Below are positions 1-13,100 of a stretch of 64,000 nt of DNA, piece by piece. Every line of letters begins with the position of its first letter. Within the stretch, counting starts at the first letter, position 1. The stretch comes from Vulcanimicrobiota bacterium (lineage in GTDB: Bacteria; Vulcanimicrobiota; Vulcanimicrobiia; Vulcanimicrobiales; Vulcanimicrobiaceae), in assembly GCA_963833095.1 (NCBI GenBank), contig CAWHWQ010000001.1:128001-192000 (forward strand). Reading direction: 5' to 3'. The position numbers and the translations under genes are program-made. Below the pieces are notes generated by a model that saw nothing but the letters and a program-made list of their open reading frames with translations, had not been told where the DNA came from and ran no database searches.

Positions 1-883
<883 letters not shown>

Positions 884-887
<4 letters not shown>

Positions 888-3228
888 CCGAGTTCGAACA
901 TCGTCACGCCGCCGGAGCCCTCGTCCTCGCTGCCATAGCGCAAGCTCTTCACCGACGGATGCGTACGAAGATACTCCTGCAGACCGCGTCCAAGCATGCC
1001 GGTGCCTTTGCCGTGGATCAGACGTAGCGTCGAGTTGCCGGCAAGCGCGGCTTCATCGATCCACCGCTCGACCAGCGGCTCTGCTTCGAGAACCGCTTGC
1101 CGCGAACGTCGAGTTCGGCTGGTCGAACGCGCCGCCGCATCGAGCCTCGCACGCGCTCCACTCGAGCGCGTTTCGTCCTTGCTCGCGCCGCCCGCGCGCT
1201 TCTCCACATCGCTGCGCTGGACGACGGTTTTCATCGGCCCGATCGCGATCAGGACGGTCTCGCCGTAATCTTCGACCACGCTGCCCTCGGTGTGGAGCGA
1301 ACGAATGCGCACGCGATCGTTTGGGTTGAGCGGGGCGCGCTCGGCCGGCGCGTGCGGCGCTTCGACGGCTCCTAGTTCCCGGCGCAATCGTCGGCGCTCT
1401 TGCCGAGTAGCGCTGCGTGCGAAGCGGTAACCCGCGGACGATTGGCCTGCGCGGCTGCCGCGCGCCGCTGCAATTCGGCCATGAACTCACGTAAGCTCTG
1501 CTGCATACGCTCTTCTGCGCGATCGGCAAAGGCCCGCCGCTCGACTTTCGAACGTTGTGCGCTCGTGCTCGAGGGTACCGCGCTCCCGTTCAGCGGCGAG
1601 GCGTTGGGCCCGCAGCCCGTCGCGCTCGCTTTGCAATTCGGCTGCGCGCAAGGAAAGTTCGGCCAAACGCCGACTCGTAGTCACGTTCTCTCGAGTCGAG
1701 CAGCGCTTGCGCGCGCTCAACCACGCTCTCGGTGATCCCAAGCGCTCGCGCGAGCGGAAATGCGAGCGATTGTCCGGGCGCACCGACATCCAACATGAAA
1801 CGTTGGAGCAAAGGTGTACGGATCGAAGCGCACGCTCGCGTTGGCGACGCCCGTCCTGCCGCTCGCAAAAAGCTTGAGTTCGGTCGCGTGCGTGGTCACG
1901 ACACCGGAGGCGCCGCACATCGAGCAGCCGTTCGAGCATCGCAACCGCGAGCGCAGCACCCGCGCCCGGCTCGGTGCCGCCGCCGATCTCATCAACGAGC
2001 ACGAGCGTACGGTCGTCCGCCACATCGAGCATCTCGCGCATGCGGGCCAAGTGCGCGGAGAACGTCGATGCATTGAGCGCGATCGATTGCTCGTCGCCGA
2101 TATCTGCGATGACGCTGCGTAAAATGGCCAATCCGCGTACCGACCGAGGCGGGCACCTGCATCCCGCAGTACGTCATCGCGACGAAAAGCCCGACCATCT
2201 TCAGCGCGACCGTTTTTCCGCCCATGTTCGGTCCGCTGATCACCAGCAGTCCGCGTGCCCCGATCGAGCGGGATCGACTGCGGTATTGCGCGATCGCTCA
2301 AGCAGCGGATGCCGTCCGGCTTCGACGTGCACGACGGCGTCGTCGACAAGTTCGGGCTCGATCGCGTCCATCGCGCGCGCGACGTTGGCTTTGGCGACGA
2401 GCAGATCGATCTGAGCGAGCATCTCGATATTGCGCTCGATCGCGTCGGCTGCGCTGCCGACGCCGCGCGAAAGCTCTTCGAGCACGCGCTGCACCTCACG
2501 CTCCTCTTCTAGTCGCGAGCGTGCGCACGCGGTTATTGTCGTCGAGCGCGGCGAGCGGCTCAATGAAGAGCGTCTGGCCTGAGCCGCTGGTATCGTGCAC
2601 GATACCGGGGAATTCGCCCGAAAACTCGGCTTTAATTGGTACGACGAAACGGCCCTCCCGAATCGTGACGACGTTATCCTGAATCGCGCGAGCATAACGG
2701 TCCGAGCGCAAGATCGCGCCGACACGGTCGCGCGCGTCGTTTTGCGCCTGCGCCAAACTGCGCCGAATCCGCCCGAGCGCCGGCGACGCTCGGTCGAGCA
2801 CCGCGCCACGCTCGTCGATGGCATCGGTGAGCGTACGCTGCAGATCGCGCAAATTGCTATAGGGCGCCGTAATTGCCGCGAGCGCCTCGTGCTTGACCTC
2901 GCGCAGCGCGTTGAACGCCGCTGCCGCAGCCGAGATCGCGTCGCCGACAGCTCGCAAGTCCGACGGCGCAAGCGTACGCCCAAGCACCGCCGCTTGGGTT
3001 AGCGTCTGCGGTGTCGATTGCCGGCAACACGTGCAGATCGCTGCCCGCGACGAGATTGCGAATGAGCGACGTCCGCCCTTGTTCGAGGCGCACCAGCGCG
3101 AAGTCGACCGCGGGTTCCAGCAGCGCAGCGCGCGCTTTCCCACGCTGCGTGCGCGTAGCCGCCACGACCCGCTCGCGAACGGTCGCAAAGTCGAGCGCTT
3201 CCAGCGTGCGCTCGTCCGCCAGACTCAT
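884..3228 (-). CDS. mutS2: Endonuclease MutS2 (frameshifted)
   Basis: TLEALDF N-terminus, [18 protein letters not shown]-loop [26 protein letters not shown], Smr IHGKGTG. Confidence 0.95.
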
Positions 3229-4686
3229 TGCTCCAGCTTCTGCTTCATCAGGTTGTTGACGAGTTGCTGGATCGGCTTTACCGGCGCTAGCTTTCATCAC
3301 CTGTCCGACAAGAAATCCCATCACGTTGGTCTTGCCCGCTCGATAATCGTTCACGCTTTTCTCGTTCGCCGCGAGGACCTGGTCGACGAACTTTTCGATC
3401 GGCCGCCGGATCGCTGGTCTGCGCGAGGCCTTCGCGTTGCACGATTGCCTTGGGCGAACCCTCGCCGCTCCACATCCGCGTCACCAGGTCTTTGGCAATC
3501 TTGGAGTTGATCGTCTTGCCTTCGACCAGCGCAATCAGCTCGGCGAGATGCCCTGGAGTCACCTCCGATTCGTACACCGGTTTGCCGGTCTCGTTGGCCA
3601 ATCGCGAGAGATCGCCGAGAACGAAATTCGTCGCTTGTTTGGGACTCTCGCTGGCCTCGACTACGGAATCGAAAAATGTCGCGAGCGCGCGCATTGTCGA
3701 CCAGCTGCGTCGCCTGCTTAGCGTCGAGTCCGAGTTTGCCCGTGTAGCGCTCGAAGCGATGGACCGGCAATTCCGGCAGTTGCTCGCGCAACCGTTCGAC
3801 CGTGCCGCGCGCAATCTCCAGCGGCACCAAATCGGGATCGGGAAAGTACCGGTAGTCGTGCGCTTCTTCCTTGCTGCGCATCGGCACAGTGATGCCGCGC
3901 AGTTCATCCCAACCACGCGTTTCTTGGATAATGCGCTCGCCCTTTTCGAGCAAATCGATCTGGCGCTCGATCTCAGTCTCGATGGCGCGATGCACCGACC
4001 GGAACGAGTTCATATTCTTGATCTCAGTCTTGGTGCCGAGCTTCTCAGAGCCAACCGGACGCACCGAGACGTTGGCATCGCAGCGCAGCGAGCCTTCTTC
4101 CATCTTTACGTCGCTTACGCCGAGTTGCTGCAGCGTGCGCCGCAACGCCTCGAGATATCCGACTGCCTCATCCGCGCTGTGCAGCTCCGGTTCGGACACG
4201 CATTCCATCAGCGGCACGCCGGCGCGATTGAAGTCGACCAGTGAATAGGTGCTTCCCGCGATGCGGCCGTCGTCCGAACCCGCGTGCGTCGACTTACCCG
4301 TATCTTCTTCTAAGTGAATGCGCGTGAGGCGGCATTCCTTCACCGTGCCGTCCTCGAGCCAATAGCGCACCACGCCGCCTTGCGTGAGCGGCATGTCGTA
4401 CTGCGAGATCTGGTAGTCCTTAGGCATGTCGGGATAGAAATAATTCTTTCGGTCGAACTTCGAAAACGCCGGAATCTCCGCTCCGAACGCGAGGCCCGCA
4501 ACGAATCATATGCTCGATCGCGGCTTTATTTACGACCGGAAGCGAGCCGGGCAACGCGAGGCACACCGGACACACTTTGGTATTCGGTTCGCCACCGAAC
4601 TCGTTTGCGCAGCCGCAGAACATTTTGGATTTGGTCCTCAGCTCGACATGGCATTCAATGCCAATCACTGCCTCGTACTTAGACAT
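3225..4686 (-). CDS. gatB: Asp/Glu-tRNA amidotransferase subunit B (frameshifted)
   Basis: [55 protein letters not shown]. Confidence 0.96.
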
Positions 4687-4720
4687 GGCCAGCAACGGTC
4701 TCGATGGAGCGGGCGACGCG

Positions 4721-4840
4721 GTAACGTCGATTAGGCGCGCCCTGGGGGAATAAAACGCTTGCCGCAATCGCGCGCGCGCCATGGTTTGGGGTCCCCACGA
4801 CGTGGGGGGCGCGGAGCCTAGGGCGGAGCGCCTTTTAAAC
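4721..4840 (+). repeat. ~120-bp structured intergenic repeat (family B)
   Basis: Aligns with 44390->44271 (identical GGCGCGCCCTGGGGGA; GGGG(T/G)CCCC hairpin; GGGGGG-GCG..GGAGC..CC) and partly with 43179->43119 and 14316->14248. Confidence 0.8.
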
Positions 4841-4850
4841 AAGATGCTCA

Positions 4851-6351
4851 TCAGCCGACCACCTCAGTTAAAGTGGGTTTGTATTTACGCGCATGCTGAG
4901 TCTTTTGTTCGTAGGCGTGGGCGGCTGCCAAAAGCGGCCGCTCAGCGAAAAGCGGCGCGCAGAGCTGCAGACCCATCGGCATGGGGCGATCCCCACCGGG
5001 CGGCGTCACCCAGCCGCACGGGACCGAGAGCGCCGGCAATCCAGCAAGCGACATCGGAATCGTATAGTAGTCCATCAAGTACATGCTGTAGGGATCGCTC
5101 TTGGCATTGAATTGGAAGGCCGGTGAGCTTGCGGCCGGGCAGGCGATCAGATCGCATGACTTCGCAAACGCGCGTTCGAAAATCGTTGCGCGATGAGCGT
5201 GCGCGCCTTCTGCGCGCGCACGTAGTAGGCGTCGTAGTAGCCGCTCGAGAGCGCGTACGTTCCGATCAGGATGCGCCGCTTGACTTCCGGGCCGAAGCCC
5301 GCCGCGCGCGTGCGCTCGTACATCTCGCTGCACGTCGGCGCCGTCGACGCGCAAGCCGTAGCGTACGCCGTCGAAGCGCGCGAGGTTCGACGAGCACTCG
5401 GCCGGCGCGATGAGGTAATAGGTCGCAAGGCCGTAGTCGGCGGTCGGCAGCTCGACCTCGACCGAGTTCGGCGCCGAGCGCTTGCGAGGTCGCGATACGC
5501 CTGCGCATAGACGGCGTCGATCTCCGGGCCGAGCGCGCCGGTCGCGAACTCGCTTGACGATCCCGACCCGCACGCCGCGAGATCGGCGCGCAGATGCGTC
5601 GGCCGTCGTCTCGAACGGCCGGTCGATCGAGGTCGAATCCATCGGATCGTAGCCGCCCATCGCGTCGTACGCCAGCGCCGCATCTTCGACGGTGCGCGCA
5701 AACGGGCCGATCTGATCGAGGCTCGAGGCAAACGCGATCAATCCGTAGCGCGAGACGCGGCCGTAGGTCGGCTTGAAGCCGACGAGGTTGCAAAACGCCG
5801 CCGGTTCGCGAATCGAACCGCCGGTATCGCTGCCGATCCCGATCGTCGCTTCGTACGCCGCGACCGCCGCCGCGGAACCGCCGCTCGAACCGCCGGGCAC
5901 GCGCGAGAGGTCGTAGGGATTGCGCGTGACGCCGAGCGCCGAATTTTCGCACGAACTGCCCATGGCAAACTCGTCCATGTTCGTTTTGCCGATCGGCATG
6001 CAGCCGGCGTCGAGCAAGCGCGCAACGGCCGTCGCGGTGTACGGCGCGACCCAATGCTCGAGAATTTTACTCGCCGCACGTGGTGCGCGTGCCGGTCAGG
6101 CACATGTTGTCTTTGACGGCAAGCGGAACGCCGGCTAGCGGCAAATGCTCGCCCGCCGCAATGCGCGCGTCGACGTTCGCGGCCTGCGCGCGCGCCAGCT
6201 CGTGCAGTACGGTCAGATAGGAGCCGATCTGCGAGTCGACAGCGTCGACGTGCGCGAGCGTGGCATCGGCGACCTCGCGCGCGGAAAGGCTACGCGCATT
6301 GACGTCGCGCGCGATCTGCGCGGCGCTTTGTTCGATCAGAGGATTGGACAC
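4851..6351 (-). CDS. gatA: Asp/Glu-tRNA amidotransferase subunit A (frameshifted)
   Basis: [58 protein letters not shown]. Confidence 0.96.
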
Positions 6352-6362
6352 GGGTGTTCCTT

Positions 6363-6654
6363 TTATTCGGCGATGATCCGCGGAACGCGGAAGAATCCGC
6401 CCTGCTCGCTGCGGCGCTTGGGCCAGCACGACCTCGCGGTCGAGGCACGGCGACCAACGGTCATCGCGCTCGACGTTGCGCGACTCAACGACCTGCGCGG
6501 TGGCCGCAACGGCTGAGACGTCGAGTTTCGCGAGCGCGTCGACGTGTTCGAGCAGGTCGCCGAGTTGCGCGCCGAAGCGCTCGACCTCGTCGTCGGTCAG
6601 CGCTAATCGCGCGAGCTTGGCGACGTAGCGGACGTCAATTTTCTCGGATGACAA
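6363..6654 (-). CDS. gatC: Asp/Glu-tRNA amidotransferase subunit C
   Basis: VRYVAKLARLAL; C-terminal FFRVPRII after a frameshift; position before gatA. Confidence 0.92.
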
Positions 6655-8127
6655 AGTCGGGATACTCCGATTGGTTTTGGGCGAAGTCGTCTTGCGGCCA
6701 GTTCGGCGGCTCGACGTCCGCGAACGCCTTGGCCACAGCCGGTTCCTCGGCCTCGCGGTACAGCGTCACCAGGGTCTCGACGTGCCCCGTCTGCGGAAAC
6801 ATATCGAACGGTTGCACGATGCCGAGCCGGTATCCATTGGCGGCGAGGAACTTCAAATCCCGGGCCAGCGTCGCCGGATCGCACGAAAGATACCAGATAT
6901 ACGGGGCCTGTGCTGCGGCGATCGCCCCAAGCGTCACCTCGTCGCTGCCCTTGCGGGGTGGATCGAGGAAGACGATCTCGGCCTCGCGCAGCGCGGCGTG
7001 CGCCTCGGGCGTCTGCACGACGTCTTCGACGCGGCCGGAGCGAAAGCGCACGCAATTCTCGAGGCCGTTGAGCGCGGCATTTCCCTCGGCCTCGAGAACT
7101 GCTTGCGGGTTCTCTTCGATGCCGTAGACCTGACAGCCGTGCTTCGCAAAGAAAAGCGCGAAGGTTCCGGCGCCGCAGTAGAGATCGACGATGCGGCGCG
7201 GGTGTTCGAGTCCCGAGCGCATGAAATCGAAGATACGCCCGACGATCTCGACGTTGACTTGGAAAAACGAACCCGCCGAGACGCGGTAGCGCACGCCGTC
7301 GATCGTCTCTTCGATCTCGGAGCGCCCGACGAGCGTGCGGTGGCGACGTCCCATGATCGCATTCTCGCTGCCCAGTTCGAAGGAGTTGGTAAGCCCGACA
7401 GCTCCAGGGAAGACGCGCATCAGGGAATCGGCCGCGCGCGCCACTTCCGGAGCAAGCCTCGATGTCGTCATCGTTACCACCGATTCGCCGCTCGAGCGCG
7501 CGTTACGCGCGACGACGTGTCGTGTAACCTCGAGCGCTTCGTTGACCTCCGGCAGGGTCCGTGCCCGATTGAGGCGCGCGATCGTAGTCGCTCAACTGCG
7601 GCGTAACGATCGGGCATGAGTCGATCGGGACGACCTCGTGCGAGCGCTGCTTGTAAAAACCGATGGTCGGCGTTCCGCCGCGATGCTCGACGACCAGCGA
7701 CATCTTGTTGCGATAGGCGCGCGGATGGGTCATGCCCACCGCGTCGCGAACGCCGGCATCGTGAAAGCCACCGATGCGTTGAAGTGCGCTGCGGACGGTG
7801 TCGGTCTTCCAGGCTAATTGCGCCGGGTAACTCAGGTGCTGAAGCTGGCATCCGCCACAGGTGCCGAACACGCTGCAGAACGGCGTCGTGCGGTAGGGTG
7901 AAGGCACGAGAATCCGGACGAGCTGACCGATCGCGTACTTCGGTTTGACGGCGGTGATACGGACGCGCGCCCGCTCTTGCGGTAAAGGACCAAAGCAAAA
8001 GACCACGATCCCTGCCGGCCCGTCCGACCGCTTGACCGTTGGCCAATAGGTCAGTGAAAGCAAGCTCGTACTCCGCGCCGACCGTGACCGCCGGCGCGCC
8101 GCTACGCGCTGTTTCTCTGTTCGTCAA
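6635..8127 (-). CDS. rlmD: 23S rRNA m5U methyltransferase, RlmD family with TRAM domain (frameshifted)
   Basis: CSVFGTCGGCQLQH, YRNK, SFFQVN, DLYCGAG, DPPRKG, YLSCDPATLARD, DMFPQTGHVE. Confidence 0.92.
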
Positions 8128-8332
8128 GCGTCTTGAGCAAGTGGTTGGCCTCGTCGATGAGCTGCTGAATACGCTCGCTCGTGGGATCTGCCGGCCGCCG
8201 GCTCAAGAGCACGCGCGTCACCGTAAAGGCGAGCGCGGCGCCGAGGCCCGCGACCCCGATCCAGATCAACGTGCGCGTGAGGTTCTGCTGGCGGCGTTCT
8301 TCAGATCGATCGAAATCGGGTTGCTGGTCCAT
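8102..8332 (-). CDS. Small single-TM hypothetical protein
   Basis: 76 aa, hydrophobic LIWIGVAGLGAALAFTV then a helical tail. Confidence 0.65.
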   Translation of the reverse strand: MDQQPDFDRSEERRQQNLTRTLIWIGVAGLGAALAFTVTRVLLSRRPADPTSERIQQLIDEANHLLKTLDEQRNSA

Positions 8333-8442
8333 CGTAGCGGTATCGTTCGCCTCGCCAGGGGGGGCTCCCGCCCCCTCCTGCGGGGAAGTCGTTGCTCTCA
8401 GGAAGCATTACGTTTACGCTTGCTCTAATAAAGCCGGCGCCG

Positions 8443-9300
8443 ATGATCACCGAGACCGAAGACCAACAGCAACGCGACGATGACCGCACCACCTTGGTGT
8501 GGTCACTTCTCGTTTCCGGCTTTGCCAACCTGATGGTCTGGATCGTGCTGGGGTGGGCGATCATCGCGCACATTCGCACGCTTGCACCGGTGCAGGAACG
8601 TCCTGAGATCATTACCGTCACCACGCAAATGATGCACGCGCCGATGGTTGCCTCATCGTCGCAGCACCTCGCGGCGCGCAGCCATCCGATCCCTCGATCG
8701 CAGCAAGAGCCGCAGCACCAAGCGCAACCGGAACCCAATCACAAATCGGTGGCGATGAATTTGGCCGCGACCCCGAAGCCGCAGGAGCGGCCGACCGAGC
8801 TTGCGCGCACCACGCCCAATGGAACGCCGGTTCCGCACAGCGCGCCCAAGCGAACTGAGGCGCTTGCCGAAGTGCTCGCGCAACAGCAGGCCGCGTTCGC
8901 GAAAGAAGCCGACGCGCTCAATGCCAAGAACGGGCCGATCTCGGTTGCGACCATCGATCCGAATCAACGCGAATCCGCGAGCAAGTCGTATCGCATGAAC
9001 CTCTCCGGCAACACGGAGATCCAAGGCCAGGGCTTCGGTTTCTTAGACCCGTTGGAGCGTTGGATCAGCAACGGCCTGCACTGCTATAAGGGGCGATATC
9101 ACTGGCTCTATCCGACCGGCGCCACCGAAGTAGCGAACATTCCGTGGCCCTTCTGCTATCCGCCGGGCGCCGACCCGATCGCGCGCGGTTTGCGCCAATT
9201 TCCGTTCCCGCTGCCCTTAGCCGGATATCGTCTGCCGGCGGGAACGTTCCTCGACCCAATCGAGAAGGACGTCTATGAGTCGTGGCTCGCGCATCAATGA
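8443..9300 (+). CDS. Membrane-anchored Pro/Gln-linker protein, paralog 1 (TonB-like topology)
   Basis: N-terminal TM, P/Q-rich linker, C-terminal domain shared with 9337..10191. Confidence 0.8.
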   Translation: MITETEDQQQRDDDRTTLVWSLLVSGFANLMVWIVLGWAIIAHIRTLAPVQERPEIITVTTQMMHAPMVASSSQHLAARSHPIPRSQQEPQHQAQPEPNHKSVAMNLAATPKPQERPTELARTTPNGTPVPHSAPKRTEALAEVLAQQQAAFAKEADALNAKNGPISVATIDPNQRESASKSYRMNLSGNTEIQGQGFGFLDPLERWISNGLHCYKGRYHWLYPTGATEVANIPWPFCYPPGADPIARGLRQFPFPLPLAGYRLPAGTFLDPIEKDVYESWLAHQ

Positions 9301-9336
9301 AGGAGCGGAAGTAGCGGAAGTAGCGACCGGCAACCC

Positions 9337-10191
9337 ATGATAACCGAACGAGACGATCAGCAAGAACACGACGATGACCGCGCCACTTTGGTGTGGTCGC
9401 TTCTCGTTTCCGGCTTCGCCAACCTGATGCTGTGGATACTTCTCGCGTGGGTGATCGCGTTTCGCACTCACGAGTTGGTCCTGGTGCAGAAGCAGCCGGC
9501 CGAAGTGTTCACCGTGACGTCGTCATCTTTGAATATCGCCAAGCGTACGCAGCCGATCCCGGCGCAACCGAATCAACAGGCCGTCCCGCAGCCCCGGCAA
9601 CAACGGGAGCCGCAGCACCAGCCCAAGCCGAAGCACGCGCCGCAACAAGCTACGCCAAAGCCGCGAGCGCAACCGACTGAGCTCGCGCACGTCACGCCGA
9701 ACGGAACGCCGCAGCCGCGGAGCGCACCGAAGAAGCAGGCGCAAGGAACGCTCGCCGAGCAGCTGGCGCAGCAAGAGGTAGCGTTCCAGCACGAAGCCCA
9801 GCAGATTAACGCGCAACATTCGGTGATCTCGATCGCGACGGTCGAACCGAACCACACGCCCTCAGCGCAAGAGCCCTTTCAAATGGATATCTCGGGGCTG
9901 CCGGGCGAACCGCAGCGTGGGGAAGGAATCATTTTCCCAAATCCGATGGCAAGAGTGCATGGCTACGACTGCTACAACGGCGGCAGATATACGCTTCGGT
10001 ACAATAATGGACAACTCGAACGGGGCGATATTCCGTGGCCGTTCTGCTTCGCGCCCAGGCAGGATCCGTTTTTGCAAAGGTACCGTTCGTTCGATATGCC
10101 ATTGCCGGTGGCGGGCTATCGTTTGCCGCCCGGAGTTGAGCTCCAGCCGGCAGCAAAGGACGTCTACAGTGCATGGCTTTCGCAACAGTAA
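9337..10191 (+). CDS. Membrane-anchored Pro/Gln-linker protein, paralog 2
   Basis: Shares DDDR.TLVWSLLVSGFANLM, IPWPFC, PLP.AGYRLP.G, KDVY..WL with paralog 1. Confidence 0.8.
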   Translation: MITERDDQQEHDDDRATLVWSLLVSGFANLMLWILLAWVIAFRTHELVLVQKQPAEVFTVTSSSLNIAKRTQPIPAQPNQQAVPQPRQQREPQHQPKPKHAPQQATPKPRAQPTELAHVTPNGTPQPRSAPKKQAQGTLAEQLAQQEVAFQHEAQQINAQHSVISIATVEPNHTPSAQEPFQMDISGLPGEPQRGEGIIFPNPMARVHGYDCYNGGRYTLRYNNGQLERGDIPWPFCFAPRQDPFLQRYRSFDMPLPVAGYRLPPGVELQPAAKDVYSAWLSQQ

Positions 10192-10195
10192 GACA

Positions 10196-13100
10196 TCAGT
10201 GAAAATTGTGGGAACGCACGCCGCCCACCACGCCTTCGTCATCGAAGACCCATGCTGCGCGCGCGAGCACGTCGATCGTCCCCTGTTCTTTCTGTAAGAC
10301 GCCTTCGATCACAATCATGCTGGCGGTGCGAATGACGCGGCGGTAGCGCTCGTAGACGTCGGGCCGCACGATCACGTTGACCAGGCCCGTTTCGTCCTCG
10401 ATCGTCAAAAAGACGAAGCCTTTGGCCGTGCCCGGCCGCTGCCGCGTAATCACCAGGCCGCCCACACGGCAGACCAGATGATTGGGCATCGCCTCTAAAC
10501 CTTTCGCTGGAATCACCCGCTTGGCGTCGAGCTGTGCCCGGAAATGCGCGACCGCTTGGCCTTTGGCGGTAACGCCGGTCGACCACAGATCGAAGGAGGT
10601 CTCGACCTTGGGTCCGAGCGGCGCAAAGCGCACCGCCGGTTCTACGACATCCATCAACTTCCCAAGTTCACCGCGCGCCTCGCGTTCGTCGAGCGCGCGC
10701 AGCGCCCACATTGCCTCGCGCCGCGACCCGAACCAGGGTGCAAATGCGCCGGCTACTGCGAGATTCTCGATCGCCTCTTTTTCCAAGCGCGTACGTTGCG
10801 CGAAGGTGAGTAGATCCGTGAACGCTCCGCCACGCAACGCCGCTTCGAGGCGCTCTTTCTGCGCGCTGCCGAGGCCGCGCACGAGATGGAATCCGAGGCG
10901 CAACGCGCCCCGCGCATCAACGTGCGACCAGTATTCGCTTGCGTTCACTTCGACCGGCTTGACCACGACGCCGTGACGACGAGCATCGTTGACCAGCACT
11001 TCGGTTGAGTAGAATCCCATCGGTTGCACGTTCAAAATCGCCGCCGCGAAGATCGCCGGAAAGTGGCACTTCACGTAGGCCGAGGCATAGGCCAGCAGTG
11101 CAAAACTGGCCGCATGCGATTCAGGAAAGCCGTAGTCGGCAAAGCCTTCGAGCATGTGGAAGAGCTGCTCGGCCGCCGCGCGATCGATCCCGTTCGCCAT
11201 CATGCCTTCCACCAGCCGCGGAAAGATCTCGCGCATGCGTTCGTGCGAGCGTTTGTGTCCCATCGCGCGCCGCAGTACGTCGGCTTCGCCCGGTGAAAAT
11301 CCGGCCGCTTCGATCGCCATGCGCATCCCCTGCTCTTGAAAGAGCGGCACGCCCATCGTGCGCTCGAGCACCGGCTTTAATTTTGGATGCGGATAGGTCA
11401 CCGGCTCGAGCCCGGCGCGCCGGCGCAAGAACGGATGCACCATCTGCCCTTGAATCGGCCCGGGCCGGATGATCGCGACCTGCATCACGATGTCGTAGAA
11501 GCACCGTGGTTTCATTCGGGGGAGCATCGACATCTGCGCACGCGACTCGATTTGAAACACGCCGATCGTATCGGCTTTGGTGATCATGTCGTAGGTCGCG
11601 GGATCATCCGGCGGGATGGTGTGCAATGCGAGGGGCTGCCCTCTTGTCATCCCGAGCGTAGGCGCGCAGCGCCGTAGTCGAGGGAAGCGCATCTGGGCCG
11701 CTGCTTGCGAAGACGCTCCTCGCGGCACATCCTGTGCCGCTCCTGCTGCGCGAGTTTTGCGCAACGACCAACGGAAGTTCGCATCCTGCGAATTGCGCAA
11801 AACTTCGAGCCTTCGCTTATCAGCAGTCCAGATGCGCTTCCCTCGACTACGCTTTGCTACGCTCGGGATGACAAGAGTGCGTTTATGAATTGAGAATGCC
11901 TCTCGTAAAAGAGAAAGCATGCCCAGACCTAAGAGGTCGATTTTGATCAGGCCTAACGCTTGCAGGTCGTCTTTGTCCCACTGAATGATGGTGCGGTCGC
12001 GCATCGTGGCCCATTCGATCGGCGCAACACGAATGAGCGGATCACGCGTGATGACCATGCCGCCGGAGTGAATGCCCATGTGGCGCGGAAAGCCGTCGAT
12101 ACGCCGGCAGAATTCTTCGAGGCGCCCGGCGCGCTGCCCGAATTGGGCGGAAGCATCGGCGAGCGATTCGCGCGCGTCGTATTCCTTGGCAAGCTCGTCG
12201 GTTTGCTCGACGGTAAAGCCCAGCGCTTTGGCCACGTCGCGAAGTGCCGAGCGCGTGCGGTAACTGATGACTTCGGCTGCCATCGCGGCGTTGCTGCGCC
12301 CGTAGCGTTCGTAGATGTATTGAATGACCTGCTCGCGGTCTTGATGCGCGAAGTCGATATCGATGTCGGGAATCTCTTGGCGCTCCTCCGACATGAAACG
12401 TTCGAAGAGCAGATCCATGCCGATCGGATCGACCGCGGTAATGCCCAGCGCGTAGCAGACCGCGGAGTTCGCGGCCGAGCCGCGGCCTTGGCAGAGCACG
12501 CCGAGGCGCGCAGCAGCTTGGACGATATCCCACACGATCAGGAAGTAGCCCGCTAGATCCATCTTGGCGATGATGCCAAGCTCGTATTCGAGTTGACGCT
12601 CGACGTTCGATGCGATCGGCGTGCCGTAGCGCTCGGACGCACCGCGATAGGTCAATTCGCGTAGATAGCTTTGGCGCGTGTACGTATCCGGCACCGGAAA
12701 GAGCGGGAATTGACCGGTCAGGCGTTCGAGCCGGAAAGCACAGCGCTGCGCGATGCCCAGCGTTGCATCGACGGCCTGCGGATAGGCGCTGAAAATCGCG
12801 CGCATCGCGGCGGCGGATTTGAGGTGGTACTCGGCATTAGGGCGCAGGCGGTGCTGCGCGCGGGCCGCATCGAGCGTGATCGTCTCCTTGACGCACGCGA
12901 GGATGTCGGCGAGCTGCGCATCCTCGCGGCGCGCGTAGACGACGCCGTTGGTTGCGACGCAGGCTACGTGCATCTCGCGGGCCAAGCGAACCAGCCGATC
13001 GTTGCGCTGCGCATCGTCAGGTGTGAGATGGTGCTGCAGTTCGAGATAGCAGCGTTCGCCGAAGAACGCGCGCAACGCGTCGATACGCTGGGAATCCGGG

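Noticed and set aside
9304..9324. AGCGGAAGT tandem repeat between the paralogs
   Set aside because: Only two units; no further support
11641..11877. DnaE2 insertion as an intein
   Set aside because: No C/S...HN-C/S/T splice motifs, too short, and fully explained by a DNA palindrome
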